From positions 1 through 64,000 of the forward strand of contig JAUGWO010000015.1 of the NCBI GenBank assembly GCA_049724395.1: DNA of 64,000 bases, given 5' to 3'. Origin of the DNA: Spongospora subterranea f. sp. subterranea (lineage: Eukaryota). A model generated the notes under the pieces. The model was not told where the DNA came from and searched no databases. It worked only from the letters and a program-made list of their open reading frames with translations. Numbering within the stretch: position 1 is the first letter of the stretch; the number at the start of each line of letters is the position of its first letter. The position numbers and the translations under genes are program-made. Shown here in pieces: positions 48,698 through 61,676 of this stretch.

Positions 48698-49199
48698 TTA
48701 TTTGGCGCTCTGTTTATAGAATCGTGTATCTAGGATTTTGGTGCCACACATGGCGCAAATGCCTTTGGAATATGCACAGTTCTGGCAGTAATTACATCCA
48801 TATTGATGGAGTTGGCTACGACATATTCGACAATTAGTCTTCTGATCATTCACGCCTTTTCTGTCGATAAATAAGTAATGGGATATATCAACGCGATTAT
48901 TGCTTACACTTCAAGCTTCTTGAGTAGCATATCTGAAAGATGAACGTCAAAATTACATAATACACTGGATATCGTGACTGACTTCTATTAACCATTTGCC
49001 CAGTCCTAATGGCGGATGACGCCAGCTTTTGCGCCCCCGTCCTCTTCGCAATCGTCTTCTGCACATTCCTGGCGCCATCTACGAAGGTGGCAGCACCTTA
49101 GGACATAACAGTGCAATCTAAGGGCGGGGAATGAATACCTTTCCATTGATCTGGTACACAAATTGTGGATAATTTCGCCTCACACTTGGCGCAAACCAT
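48698..49199 (-). CDS. CRIPT: Cysteine-rich PDZ-binding protein, 4 exons (absent from the ORF track)
   Basis: Spliced MVCAKCEAKLSTICVPDQWK/DGARNVQK.../NMLLKKLEV/KGVNDQKTNCRICRSQLHQYGCNYCQNCAYSKGICAMCGTKILDTRFYKQSAK*. Confidence 0.95.
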
Positions 49200-49739
49200 T
49201 GTCTTTAACCGAAAGGCCGCAACCCACCGCATTTTCTTGGCCGCCGTGTTGGCTCATTTGGTGCCGAGGAACCTGGGGAAAGGATCAGTTTTGCTGAGTT
49301 TCAAACTCTCTGTCAACGATGAGATCGCTGATGGAATTATGGTGGTTCATGTCATCCGTCATCCAGACTGCAAATCGGGTTTTTTGAGCGAATGACAAAT
49401 TCTCAGCATTGCGTAGTGATTGTCATTTCCTGGTTTGCGCTCCAAACATCTTTCGAATTCTTGTAACAATTGTGGACGGCTCCGAAGATTTAGTTGATAT
49501 ATATGCTTGAAGAAGCCGGTGAGGTTTTCTGCAAAGATTTTTGCATGCATGTCCTGTTAGTAAGGTTACTGCTCTTGACTGTTCTGCCGCAATGTTGTTC
49601 GTGAGAATTGTCAGAAACCGCAGCAGTTTCCTTTTTATGTAATCATTGAGTCTACGATAGGATTAGCAGACAGGGGTCACCCTGCATCAATCCGGTCATA
49701 AGACATCAATGTGTATTACAGAATAATCAGATTGGGGTA

Positions 49740-50225
49740 ATGAATCATTTTGTAATGGCTTCAGCCCGCCAACTGCCAGCTTATGTCAAAGCTCGTCTTC
49801 GTAATTCATCAGGGTCAGTCGTCATCGACACAACCGGTGATAATTCATATCTCATCCAATCTGACCGGCAACAACTGAAATACGTCCTCGTGTTTCGCAA
49901 TAATGAATTAAAAAGGAGCCGATCTGTCTGCCGAGATAGAGATATCGCCCGTCCACTTCGAGTTTCCAACATTCAATTGCACGGAAACAGTAGAAAACTG
50001 CAAAGGCCACCGATAATTCAGCGCATATTGGATAGTTTACCGGTAATTATATACGCTCCAGAGTCCGAATCCGACGAAAATCAATGCCTGATTTGCATTG
50101 AGGATTTCAAAAAAGGGCAGCGAGTTAAAGCGCTTCCCTGCCTACACAAGTTTTGCGCCTCCTGTATTGATACATGGCTAACCGAACATCAAACATGCCC
50201 TTCATGCCGATTAAAGATACAATAG
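49740..50225 (+). CDS. RING-H2 finger protein (putative E3 ligase)
   Basis: CLICIEDF...LPCLHKFCASCIDTWL...TCPSCR; the second His of the H2 pattern is Cys here. Confidence 0.88.
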   Translation: MNHFVMASARQLPAYVKARLRNSSGSVVIDTTGDNSYLIQSDRQQLKYVLVFRNNELKRSRSVCRDRDIARPLRVSNIQLHGNSRKLQRPPIIQRILDSLPVIIYAPESESDENQCLICIEDFKKGQRVKALPCLHKFCASCIDTWLTEHQTCPSCRLKIQ

Positions 50226-50464
50226 CTAAACAACCGACTGAATTCATATCACCCCTGTGTTTGTCAGCACTCCATTGATCGAAGATTAGATATTAAAATG
50301 AAACTGTAGTATTCACTATTGATTGTGATTTCTGAAGTCGCACTGTATATAAGGGAAACATTCCGGAGTGCAGCGCAGCCAATGGTTGAGTGCTGTGGTT
50401 GCGGGGTTATGGTCTACCTGGTCATTTTCGGAAACAAGAGGGGCCAGATATTATATGAACGAGC

Positions 50465-51640
50465 ATGGAGACGTCCTCTATTAGAAAACAGGCATCACAC
50501 GGCCGTAATGGTGTTGTAGACAAGAGCCGGAAGCTGCATACCAGTCTGAACTGCATTCTGCCCAGAGATTTTTCATCTCACTTCGCAGACTTCCAGGCCC
50601 ATGTTGAAAAACTTTCGCCCGTAGTCCATATCGATTTGAAAACTGATGATCTTATCAGCAAGCCTGTTGCAGAAGTGATCGAAGCAGAAATTCAGAGACG
50701 GCTTGCCGCCCCAGGCCCAAATGAGCCGATGCCTAAAGCAGATGAACTCGAGCAGGAGCGGTTAAACCTCCAGAAAAAGCGGAAAAAGCTCAAGTCCAAT
50801 ATTCAGCACAAACCCATGGAAGCAGCATCACGAATCATGACGAAAAACTGGATCACCTCAAAGCAGATACGACACCATGTTGATCTTCAATCAGAGAAAC
50901 ACGGTATTCTCCAGATGACTCCTGGTCAAGAAATTCTGGTTACAATTACCATATTTCATCATCGCGATAAAGCTGTTCCTGTTCAGGAACTACGTCTTCA
51001 TGGCGCGAACACCTTATATGATGCGGCAAGAGTCCTGCACTGCCAGATGAAGTCCGATGCGAAATCCTTACAGGATTTGGCGCCCAGCTCATATTTCCTG
51101 ATTGAAGACTGTTTCTACGATGACACCATTACTGCTGGTGCCAAAGCCTTGTCCACATCTATCATTGATTGGGCTCGTAGGGCCAGCAGATGTAAAAGCA
51201 GAAATATCGCCAAGTTCAGGCAAGGTCCGCCTATGCAATTGACGCGCCTTCAAGATGTCGGTTTTCGACCTGGAAGTGTTTATCACTATGTGCATTTGGG
51301 ATCTTGTAGACACGCCATTATGTTCACGGATGTGGTTGTTCTGGCATCGGACGACGTTCTGAATCGGCACGCGTATCCGATTCAAACAGCTTTAGTTAAA
51401 GACAAGAGAAGGCGATGCGGCGTTTGCAGTAAGGAAGTGGCTTCCTTTGTCACCTATGACGACAAGTTGGCTCCTTCCAATCCCTTTTTCTACTGTTCAG
51501 AATGCTATCACGCGATGCACTATGTAATATGGATAACCGATGTATCTGTTTATTGACTGAACCGATCATGTATAATTTAGACTGAAAGCGGGGATCTTAT
51601 CTATGGTGAATTTAAAGTATTTCCTTACTTCTCAGGATAA
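50465..51640 (+). CDS. SNAPC3: snRNA-activating protein complex subunit 3 (SNAP50), 2 exons
   Basis: SYFLIEDCFYDD; YVHLGSCRH; YP...CGVC...DDKLAPSNPFFYCSECYHAMHY; intron 51524-51580; then TESGDLIYGEFKVFPY. Confidence 0.9.
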
Positions 51641-51666
51641 CAAATAGATCAAACAAAACAATTATT

Positions 51667-52974
51667 TCAAATCCAGAAGCTGACTAGGATCATCAAGCCG
51701 GCGCCGAACACCTCCGGTAGGGCTTTTGATAAAGTCCAGCCGAGATCTATACAGAATGTCAATATTTATGTGGAAATCTCAAACTTGTAATCTTACTGCT
51801 GCAAGTTTTATCTTGAAGATGCATCATTCCCACAAATAAAAAGCTTCCAGCAGCAAACGATTCTAATACGCTTTGAACAGATAAAGCGACAGAACTTTCA
51901 ATGAATGCCGAAGCTACAACGGCGAGAAAAGTTCCCAATGGTGTCATTAGCCCATATCCGATCAGCGCGACCGTTGATGTCTTGGAAGCCGTGCCCTCCG
52001 CGAAATTGAAAGCTACTGCGAAACTTTCCACGCCTGCGGAAGTTAAGGACTTTGTTAAAAGCGGTTTTGATGGCAAACCTTTGTGGGCAAAAATGACAAT
52101 TCCGAGAATTATGCTGTCTCGGCTGTGACTAGTTATTCCTAACGCAGCGCCCGTTATCAACGCATGAAGTCCTAGCATGGCGAAGATCAACCATGATAAA
52201 GCGCCAGACCCGCCAACGGTGATATGATGATGATGTACAGTGTGGCCATGGAGACTCTCAGAGTCTTGAAGTACCGGCAATGTGCCGGTAAAATCGCTGG
52301 GGCAATGGGAACCTTCCATCGAATAAATAGAAGACACTCGCGCAGCTGTTGGTTGGGGTTCTGCAAAATGATGTGCCGCATGAGAGTCGGCAAGAAGAGC
52401 TTCTGATAGACGATATACGGAACCCGACCCTTCAAAATAGGACTATCATAGCGTCAAAACAGCAAGAATATTGTTTCTGTTGTTGATATACCTGTTGGGG
52501 AACGTATACTAGATTCTGAGGATCCTTATAAAAAGCAGCTTTTGATACAGTGATAGATTCCATAAGATCGGCGAAAAGAATTCCAAAGGTAACCAGTAAA
52601 AGCACCTTAAAAACTGTTATAAAACGACCATGGAACAAGAAAAGTAAATACCATAGAAAGACTTGCGTTCTCAACCGCATCTGGAATCAAATCTATGTAT
52701 ATACGAGAAACGGTCAGCTTGAATCGTGCCATAAAGGATTTGCCCAACGCATTAAAGCTGCCGAAACGAACACTCCTCCAGCAAGGTTGTTGCTAATGGT
52801 AAGGACAGAATTAGTGCTATTTTCTGAGAACGCCTGCTTTTTCAGCCAGTACGGAAAATAGGCCCCGCCAAATGTGACGCCTCCGATGCCCTAGGAGCAC
52901 CATTACGCGGTGTCGATAACGATGGCGAAATGATATACCAGTAAGGCAATGCATTTGATAATCAGGACATGCAT
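51667..52974 (-). CDS. ZIP (SLC39) metal transporter, multi-exon
   Basis: NNLAGGVFVSAALM; His-rich loop HGHTVHHHH; LHALITGAALG; AHKG/VESFA; MTPLG; SFAAGSFLFV; ends GAGLMILVSFWI*. Confidence 0.9.
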
Positions 52975-53874
52975 CAAAGGATGGCAAAGTCCGTTTGTTA
53001 CGCAGACTGGTTAAACCCGGGATTCGACTGATTCGTCAACACGTTTGGACACGAGATCGGCAATAATTGCACTGGAGCGCCTGTCTCGAGATGGTACAGT
53101 TAAGTGTATTCATATGTCGCGTGCCAGTCTGGCTGCCTCACGGTATATGATGAGCAACGAACACAGCGAAATATCTACGACTCACAATTGCGGCTGTTCA
53201 TCTTCCAATACTCTGATTGCCATCATCGAACTGTACCAGTCTCAGCATTCTGAGACGTTGATGCTCGTAATTTGCCCTCATCACATATGTTCAACTTGAG
53301 GGGGATTTCCAGACAGTCTCTCGAATTGTCGCTACAATCCCCAAAGCGTATCAACGCATTCCAACTTGATTGACTTGATTTACCAAGGTTTCTCTGGGTC
53401 GTTTTTGCCGAAGTTCAAAGGAGTTGACAAAATTGGGAAAATACCTTTATTTAAGGCGGTATCATCGAAACATGTGAGCGCTGAAATAAACTATGCTCCT
53501 AAACCATTTTCAATTCGCCAACTCGTAGACAGGCAGTGCGAAACATCGTCAGCGTCGACCACCTGAATTGTGCGCCTGGAATGAAAAAAAAAAAAGAAAC
53601 GGACCTGCTGGTTGAATCCCAATCTCGGTTCAGGGTCAAAGTAGCTGTACCTGATATCCATGACCAGAGAGCACTGTTGAAGGATCCTATGTGGGCAAGC
53701 TCACGTTACTGTACATTAGGATCTTCCCGAAATAGCCCAAGACGGGCGTACAGGAACTGCGGACGATGATTCACGCCCTGTAAAGAACCATCCGGTTGGT
53801 AATTAAATCGTGGAAGGGGGTCATTACATCCAATCTAGCGCATCGTCGACATCTAACGCTGGTCGACGCGCGAC

Positions 53875-56800
53875 ATGATCTCATCCACCAAACCCGCCAA
53901 TGTGAAACTGAAGGGCGCGCAGAAATTCGTTCTAGATGCCTCCAATTTCGTTTCGCGCTGGACGATGCTATGGGTTCTGAAGCTGATCGTGAAGTCCTTG
54001 ATGACTTCGCCAGAATCTCTAGTGTTCAAGCTAAATTCTTATCAAACTGCAGCGATCAATTTTGATCAGCTGTTTGATGCTATGGAAAACGGATCGGTTA
54101 GCCTTCAAAAAGCGCTACTTCGTGCTTTTGGACTGCCGTATGCTGTCCTAGGTCAATGACAATCAATCATTTAACTGTCCGCGTTAATTTCGACAACAGG
54201 ATTTTGGAAACTTATTTGGGCCGGCTGTACATGGACAGCAGCGTTTTATCTGCTCAAAGCTATGATGGAAGGACCTTCCCATCTGTTGGCGTTCCTTTTA
54301 TTAGGCCTTGCCGCCTTTGCCGCTATTGCTATTCAGCGATTATACGCTGGCTCGTATACGGTCAGATGTCAAGTTCGTAACAGCTTAACTTCTGTTGTTT
54401 TCAAGAAATCGCTGGTCTTGGGATCATCGCATGTTCAAGTCGGATCTACATTGTTAACATGGTTTCTACCGATGTCGAAGCCATATCTGGTATATTACAG
54501 AATATCAGAATCTTACGGCAAAACACGTCAGTAATACGTTTTGTACAGATTGTGTGTCCCACTTCCATTTCTTATGGTCGGGATGTGTTGAAGTTGTCGC
54601 CGTTCTTGCATTGGCGTTTTTCCTTGCCGGATGGAATTCCGCCATGTCTGTTTTGGTGGTGGTGTTGACTGTTCCTTTACAGTTATATATCGGATATTTG
54701 ATCGTATGTCAACGTTTGCCATTGTTTGCGAATTCTAACAAATACTCGCCAGTCAAAAGCGTCGTCAACTTGGATCAAAAGTAGTGGAGATCGCCTTCAT
54801 TTGATGACCGAGATATTGACTGCTGTGAAACTAATCAAATTTTACACCTGGGAAAAGCACTTCATCGACAAACTGGGCGACGTTCGCCAAAAAGAGGCCG
54901 ATGCAGCAGCACGTCAGATATGGCTGCGCGCGATAAACTTTGGCCTGGTCATGGGGGCACCTGTCATTGCGACGCTTACCTGCTTGTTAACAATGCAGTT
55001 GGCCGGTGTTAGGTTGGATCCCGTTGTTGCCTTTACCCTGGTTTCGCTATTCAACACTCTACGATATCCGTTGTTTATGATGCCCATCGCTGTCAAGGTA
55101 CATTTCGATAACAGAACCCGGTTCTTTTGTAACGTTCTCATTACCTCAGTCTTTGGCCAGCTCCCAAAGCGCAATGAGATCGTTGAACAACTTCTTACGC
55201 CTGCCTGAGATTGAAGATCAACGGCAGTTTTTTGATGATGAGGCCAACTGCACCCTGAATATAAAAAATGCTGCACTCTCTTGGGGCAGCAATGACGCTG
55301 TTAATCTCAACAGTATCAATTTAACGCTTGAAAAAGGCCAGGTTTGGAAAACCGGTCATTTTTGCCACCGAGTACGCAGTGCCTGAAGTTGATGTGAGCA
55401 GGTCATGGCAATTGTCGGCGATGTTGGAACTGGGAAATCGAGTATACTTGCAGCCATATTGGGTCAAATGAACATAGTATCGGGCGAGATCGCATGTTCC
55501 AAGCGAATATCATACTGTCCTCAGGAAGCATGGCTTCTCAATCAAACAGTCCGCGACAACATCGTCTTTGGTTCGCATGCGTTTCCGAATCTCTTGTTCT
55601 ATGTTAATTCGCGTTATAGGTTCTGAATACGATGCAGTCCGGTACAAGAAAGTTACTGAAGTCTGCCAGCTTATCGCAGATTTCGCGAAGTTTTCGGGGG
55701 GTGATATGATGCAGATCGCGGTATGTTTTCGGGGTGCTCGGGGCTAATTGTTATCTGAATTTATATGGAACCAGGAACGCGGTGCAAATCTCAGTGGAGG
55801 TCAAAAGCAAAGGGTTTCATTAGCGCGAGCTGTGTATAATGAGAGTAACATGGTACAGTAGAATACGATGAACTATTCAGCAACTTCAAGTAAAGTCTCA
55901 TGATCAGGTCCTTCTTGATGACCCACTAAGCGCCCTTGATCAACACGTTGGTCGCAATGTATTCGAGCAATGCATCAAGGGATACATGTCGGATCGCGCT
56001 GTTGTCATCGTAACTCATCAGTTGCAATATCTTCCTTCATGCGATTATGTCGTCATTATGGGAGGTGATGGAATCAAAGAGGCGGGATCCTTCACTGCCT
56101 TAGCTCAAAAGACAGGTTTTTAGCAAATCGGGTTCTCGATTTTTTTGTAGGCTTTTAACGTATTTGATATAGGAGGCCACCTTCGATCGTTGATGACGTC
56201 GCACACGGATATCGATCTTGAGGGTTTGGAGAATGAAGGGGATCTTGAAGCTGACCACATAGAACTTCCACCTGGGGACGGCGATGATCGCACCATCCTT
56301 GCAGGCAATGGTGCACTGGAACGCGTCACCATTTCGTCAACGACTGAAATTGAGATGACTCCACAACCTTCGTTTCAACATGAATCTATGCTCGAAGAGA
56401 ATCAACGAACGTTGAAGGAGGTGTCATTATTAAATTCATCGCATACGGTAAGGGCGGCGCATTCCGGCTAGTGCAAAAGGTTTCCAGATAGCTTATCCAT
56501 TCCGCGACAGATTAACGCTGCAGTTTTGGCGAGGAAGGCGGAGCTCGACCACAGATCTCAATGTGCCCCGTATTATGCGCATACTCTAGGAAGCAATGCT
56601 TTCTCAAGGACACTACAAATCAACGAGATTGCCCATCTAACCCGTACGCCAAAGGTGTCTGCTAGCCAAGACAACGTCACTCCTGGAAGCAAACCCAGGA
56701 ACGCTTTTGCTGAGTATATTGGCCTAGGTAATCATGAAGCTTTTCAATAAAGTTACGTTTGTGGATTTGACTCGTGTAATTTAGGTGGTGCGACGTTATC

Positions 56801-59196
56801 TGCTTGGTCCATCATTATCCTTTTCTTCTTGGTCCACGGTGTTCGTATTGCAGGTGATATTTGGATCAAGGTCTGGCAAGGTGGCGCTGGCGAAGCCCTC
56901 AATCGGGCGTTCTCATTAGGGCGAAATTGGGACGCCGCTGGTCAGTTTTTCGGTTTGTAGCATCTTAGCATCGTGTTAAGCGCATCTACTGTCTGTCTAG
57001 TGTTTTGTTTCCTGGGATGTTTGTTCGTTATCGGTGTTCTCATGCGAGGGCATCTTCTCGCTAGGACTACGGAACGTCGAGCCAACCAACTGCACGATGA
57101 TATGGCGTCGGCCTTGTTCAAGGCTCCAATGGAGTTTTACGACAGGACCCCTTTAGGCACGATTCTACAAAATTCTTCCAAACATCAATCTGATGCTGAC
57201 GACCGTTTACCCGATGCCGCTTTGCAACTGGTTTGTTGCGGTTCATGGAGATGGAAACAAATTGTTGAAATGTGTTTTTTACAGTTGACGTATATGCCTT
57301 TAGCTGTTGGTGCATTTGCTATCATTATCTGGCAGTCTCCCAGTCCGATAATAGTGGCGCTTCTGCTTTTTTCTTCTGTTGGAGCCTGTATCCTTCTCAC
57401 AATGTTTCCGAGGTGGGCGGGTATTCTTGCATATAGCCAAGAACGCGACAGCGTTGCTAAACCGAAACTTTTTTCCCACATTGCTGCGAGCCTTGAAGGT
57501 ACACAACCGGTTCATTCAATGGCTTTGCACACGTTAACGGAATCGTAGGGTTATTCAGTATTCGGGCATTCACGGCTCAGGAAAGGTTCTTTGACGAGTT
57601 ACTTTCCCATTTAGATGAGGTTCACCCGAATCATTGTATTGATCGTCGAATGGCTCTGAACATTTGAATATCAGGTGACCATATGGCAGACCGTCCAACA
57701 GTCTATTAGGTTTTTCGTTGCTCTTTATATCGATGTCATATGTGGGTTTTGCGGTATACTGCTGCGCCGTCATGTTCGTTTTCTATCCCGCTGCATCCAA
57801 TGCGGCCATGATTGGGTTGGCGCTAAGTAGCGCTCTGCAACTGGTCGTGTTTGTTCAATGGACTCTGCGGATGGTCGAAGAGGTCAGATCTTATCGGTTT
57901 TGTTCAATCATCGACGCTCAAGAGACTTTCAGGCGAAACTCTCCGTTACTTCAGTAGCCTCGCTCCGTTCATTTGGAGATGGGTCAATTCCAGCTGAGGC
58001 TCAACCAGCAATGGACACCGAACAGCTTGACAGCGATTGGCCGCAATCAGGATTCGTAACATTCAAAGACGTTGTCCTACGATATACGAGATACGGAGTC
58101 GCCGTTCTCAAACAGGTTCGATATCATCACGATAGTATCTGTTTTAGACATGTATGTTGACATTCACAAAGGTGAACTTTGTTGTAAAGCCGCGTGAGAA
58201 AATAGGAATTGTTGGGCGAACTGGGTCTGGAAAATCGACGTTGTTGATCGCGCTGCTTCGCATTGTTGAACCGTGCGGCGGACGGATATTGATCGATGGT
58301 GTTGATGTTGCAAGGATTAGTTTGCGCGACCTTCGTAAGAGGATCGCCATCATTCCTCAGGTGATTGGTTTCGAGCTCGAGCTAGTGTCGTATCGAAATC
58401 TCACGTCATGTTCAGGAGCCGGTCGTGTTTGCCGGGACAATTCGCTCCAATCTGGATCCATATGGTGAATTCAGCGACGACGATATGTGGCATGCGCTAT
58501 CTGCTGTCGAGCTAACTGACCATATACGGTTGATGGGGTCATCCGAGTCAGGTGCTGGTCTTGATGCTGTTTGTGTCGAAAACGGTTCCAATTTCAGTCT
58601 TGGACAAAGGCAGCTCTTCTGCATCGCCCGAGCAATTTTGACCAAATCGAAGGTATTGTGACGTTGCGCTTATTTCGTTAGTAGATTCACAACCGACTAT
58701 CGTGATTTTAGGTCGTTGTTTTGGATGAGGCTACTGCCGCTATCGATGCCAGCACAGACGCCATCGTTCAGAAGGCGTTCGAGGAGAACTTCGCCGATTG
58801 TACAGTTTTGACAATTGCCCATCGATTGAACACGATTATCGGTAGGGGCATGGCAATTGCGCAAACTCAAGTTCCCTTTAGTCATGATCTATCACAGAAT
58901 CGGACAAAATTCTATTCATGGACCAAGGACGTGTCGCTGAGTTCGATCGACCAAGCACATTGCTGAATGACGAGAACAGCGCCTTCTACGGTCTCGTTGC
59001 ACAAACTGGGCCAGATTCGGCTAGGAAGCTGACCCAGATGGCGCAATCTAAATTTGCACGACAACAATCCGAGGTAGGGTCTTCCAGTCGCGTTCCAAGT
59101 TTTGGCTCATCGATACATTCTCAGGAATTATTCGACAATAACGACGATACAGCTTTTCTGGATGCGTTAGCGAGGCCTGTCGATCCTCATCTCTGA
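53875..59196 (+). CDS. ABCC (MRP-type) full transporter, many exons, apparent frameshift near 54445
   Basis: [18 protein letters not shown]1 [38 protein letters not shown]2 [28 protein letters not shown]. Confidence 0.95.
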
Positions 59197-59685
59197 TAAA
59201 TTCGAGATCATAATCTCCATGTACTAAACCACGTTTTTTGATTAATCGTCTGTTGCCCTTTTTCGTAGTTTTGTGTGTTGTTTTCAAGTGCATCAGTGGG
59301 ACTGCTCTTCCTGGGCAATTTCCTGCTTTATCATTGCTCACATGTGGGTCGATTTTTGTCAATGTGAAGTTCCTCTGCCTTAATTGGGCGCTATATTCGA
59401 ATCTATTGTGCTCGCACGTCATTCGTCGGCGTCACTATCTGTAGAGACTCGGTCGCTTAGCGCTGGAATTCGTTGCAAAAGGCACTTTGAGTCCCCTTAC
59501 TTGACGAACAGATTAACCCGCAACGGATTTGCCTTTATTTTATTAACCTAATCGCGTTATCGATATGAAACCTTAGCCTTGATCGGATGATCGGATCTTG
59601 AACGAGTACTATCGCAATCAGTATGATGAGCGTAAAGGCGACGATCTGATTCGAGTTTAGCGCTGTTTGTGTTCATAATAAAAAA

Positions 59686-60645
59686 TCAAGGACCAACCTG
59701 GAGTATAAACGATAAGGCGGCGGCCAAACGTCTCCGAAACAGGCGATAGGTTGGGCGGAAGCTTAAAACCATAACGAGGAGCGATAGGAGAACACCAATC
59801 GGGATCTGCTCATCGGCGCTTCCAATATATTTAACGAGTCGGGGAAGAACGAGGTCGATAATCTGCGAATCCATTGGAGTGAACGGGGTGGGGAAGTCAA
59901 GTTTAGAGCCTGGGGCGGCGGTTCCAGAAGAGATCCTTCTGGATCGTCGGTCCCAGCGTGTTGCACAGGCGGGGACTATATGGCCAAAACCGTGGTCTGG
60001 GCCATTCGGTACAACACTCCAATCTCGTTCGATCGACCCAACAGACCCACCTTCGTACGGTTCGTCGATATATATATCTCGTTCGCCACCGAATCTCTCG
60101 CCTCCGATTGGCGCCGAGACGCATTGTTTCACCGGTTCGTGATTTCCAAACAAATTGCTGAACGTATTCGCAAGCAATCAGGATGGGCTGTGGTTGTGGT
60201 TCAAAACAAATGTCTGGAATTGTTCCCAGAATATTTGACGTCAAAAACTACAAATTCTGTATATTCTCACACGAGAAAAACTGCACAATTTCTACGTGCC
60301 GAAAGTCGATTTGTCGAATAATCCGGCACCAAATCTCGGTGGCGGTTGTGCTTGTTTCCCTCCTTGGCCGGTGATCAGGTTCGAGAGTTTCGCGGCGGAT
60401 ACGCGATTGGGGAAGGTGAGCGGCGCCCTAAAGTAGTCGAGCTCGCTGCCGCCTGGTCCCTCAACGGTTGGGGCGCCCTCAAACTCGACATCGATCCCCG
60501 TCTGGAACGTGTTCCCAGCCAGGACTCCCACGCGTTGCCCGTACTCGCTGGCGCCGTTGAACCTGGCGTCGAACGGGCCAATATACCCGCTATCGCCCAT
60601 GGATACGATCAACGATATCACGATTGTGATGATAACAATCCTCAT
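59686..60645 (-). CDS. Hypothetical secreted or membrane protein, exon structure unresolved
   Basis: Signal-peptide-like MRIVIITIVISLIVSMGDS at 60645; the downstream ORF ends in a hydrophobic segment. Confidence 0.45.
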
Positions 60646-61676
60646 CGCTTTCCTCGAACTGTAAATAGTGTTCTGATTTGGGGCCGAACCCCGAACGAAA
60701 ACGCATGCCCGTTTCTGAGTGTAATCTGCCCAAAACGGCCGACCGTTCCCCCATCCCAAGACCATATGTTGTCTATTGATACTGCTACAGCATTATCGCC
60801 GACAGTATTCAATGCCAGTTGAGGGCGACCTGAACTTGGACAGGGTCCGCTGTGAAATTAGCTCCTTCGGGCATATGTTTAGCCTCGACTTGAAGAATAC
60901 AAAGATCTGAAATGCTTTTCTTTTCGAATCGCCAGAAATTGATAGAAGGTGGCAAAGTCCATTAATCCTTTAACCGACATCCACATACACATCGAACTGT
61001 TGCAGATATGAAGTCGATGGTGAAAATTTTCAATACCATGGACAACGGCGAACGAGTTGACGATTGATAAAAAGCTGACATAATGGGAGACGGTAAATCT
61101 GCCCCTAATGGAGTTTTATCATTGCTCCAGATGATCAGCGAATATAGATGCTGATCATGATGAAGGATCGACAAAACAACGCCTCATTCCCGTAATACGT
61201 GAAAATATGAACAAGGGCTAACGAGACGAGGAGAAATGGGGAAATCCATGAAAGCGATGGACCCCATATGTAAATTGGAAGGAGACGTGTGTTCCAGTCC
61301 CTGGAGCAACAGCTGATTGAACAAACGATATGAGCGTGTTTCTAACACCAGATAGGCAGATTCGCCAATCGATCACCCATCGCAGTCCATCACCACTGTG
61401 GGCAATCACACTCGTCGCGATCGCCATCGTCATGATGAACGACCTGCGACCCGTGTTGTGGTCGATAAGCCAGGTCGAGCCCCGTTGCGACAGGCCGGCT
61501 CGTTGCCCACCACATGGCGCTACACTACCCAGTTGCTGCTCCTCAAAGGAGGGACGCGGCACTGTGCCGGCCCCCTATCTGGGTGCCTGCCTTTTTCCCC
61601 ACCGATCTCAGGCCCCGACCGCATCCATTTGTTCAGGCCTATTTTCCAAATGGGAAACACAGGACATGGGCTGTTC

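Noticed and set aside
59686..60645. Heme-peroxidase-like identity for the secreted protein
   Set aside because: The resemblance is vague, no GQFxDHD motif is present, and the exon structure is unresolved.
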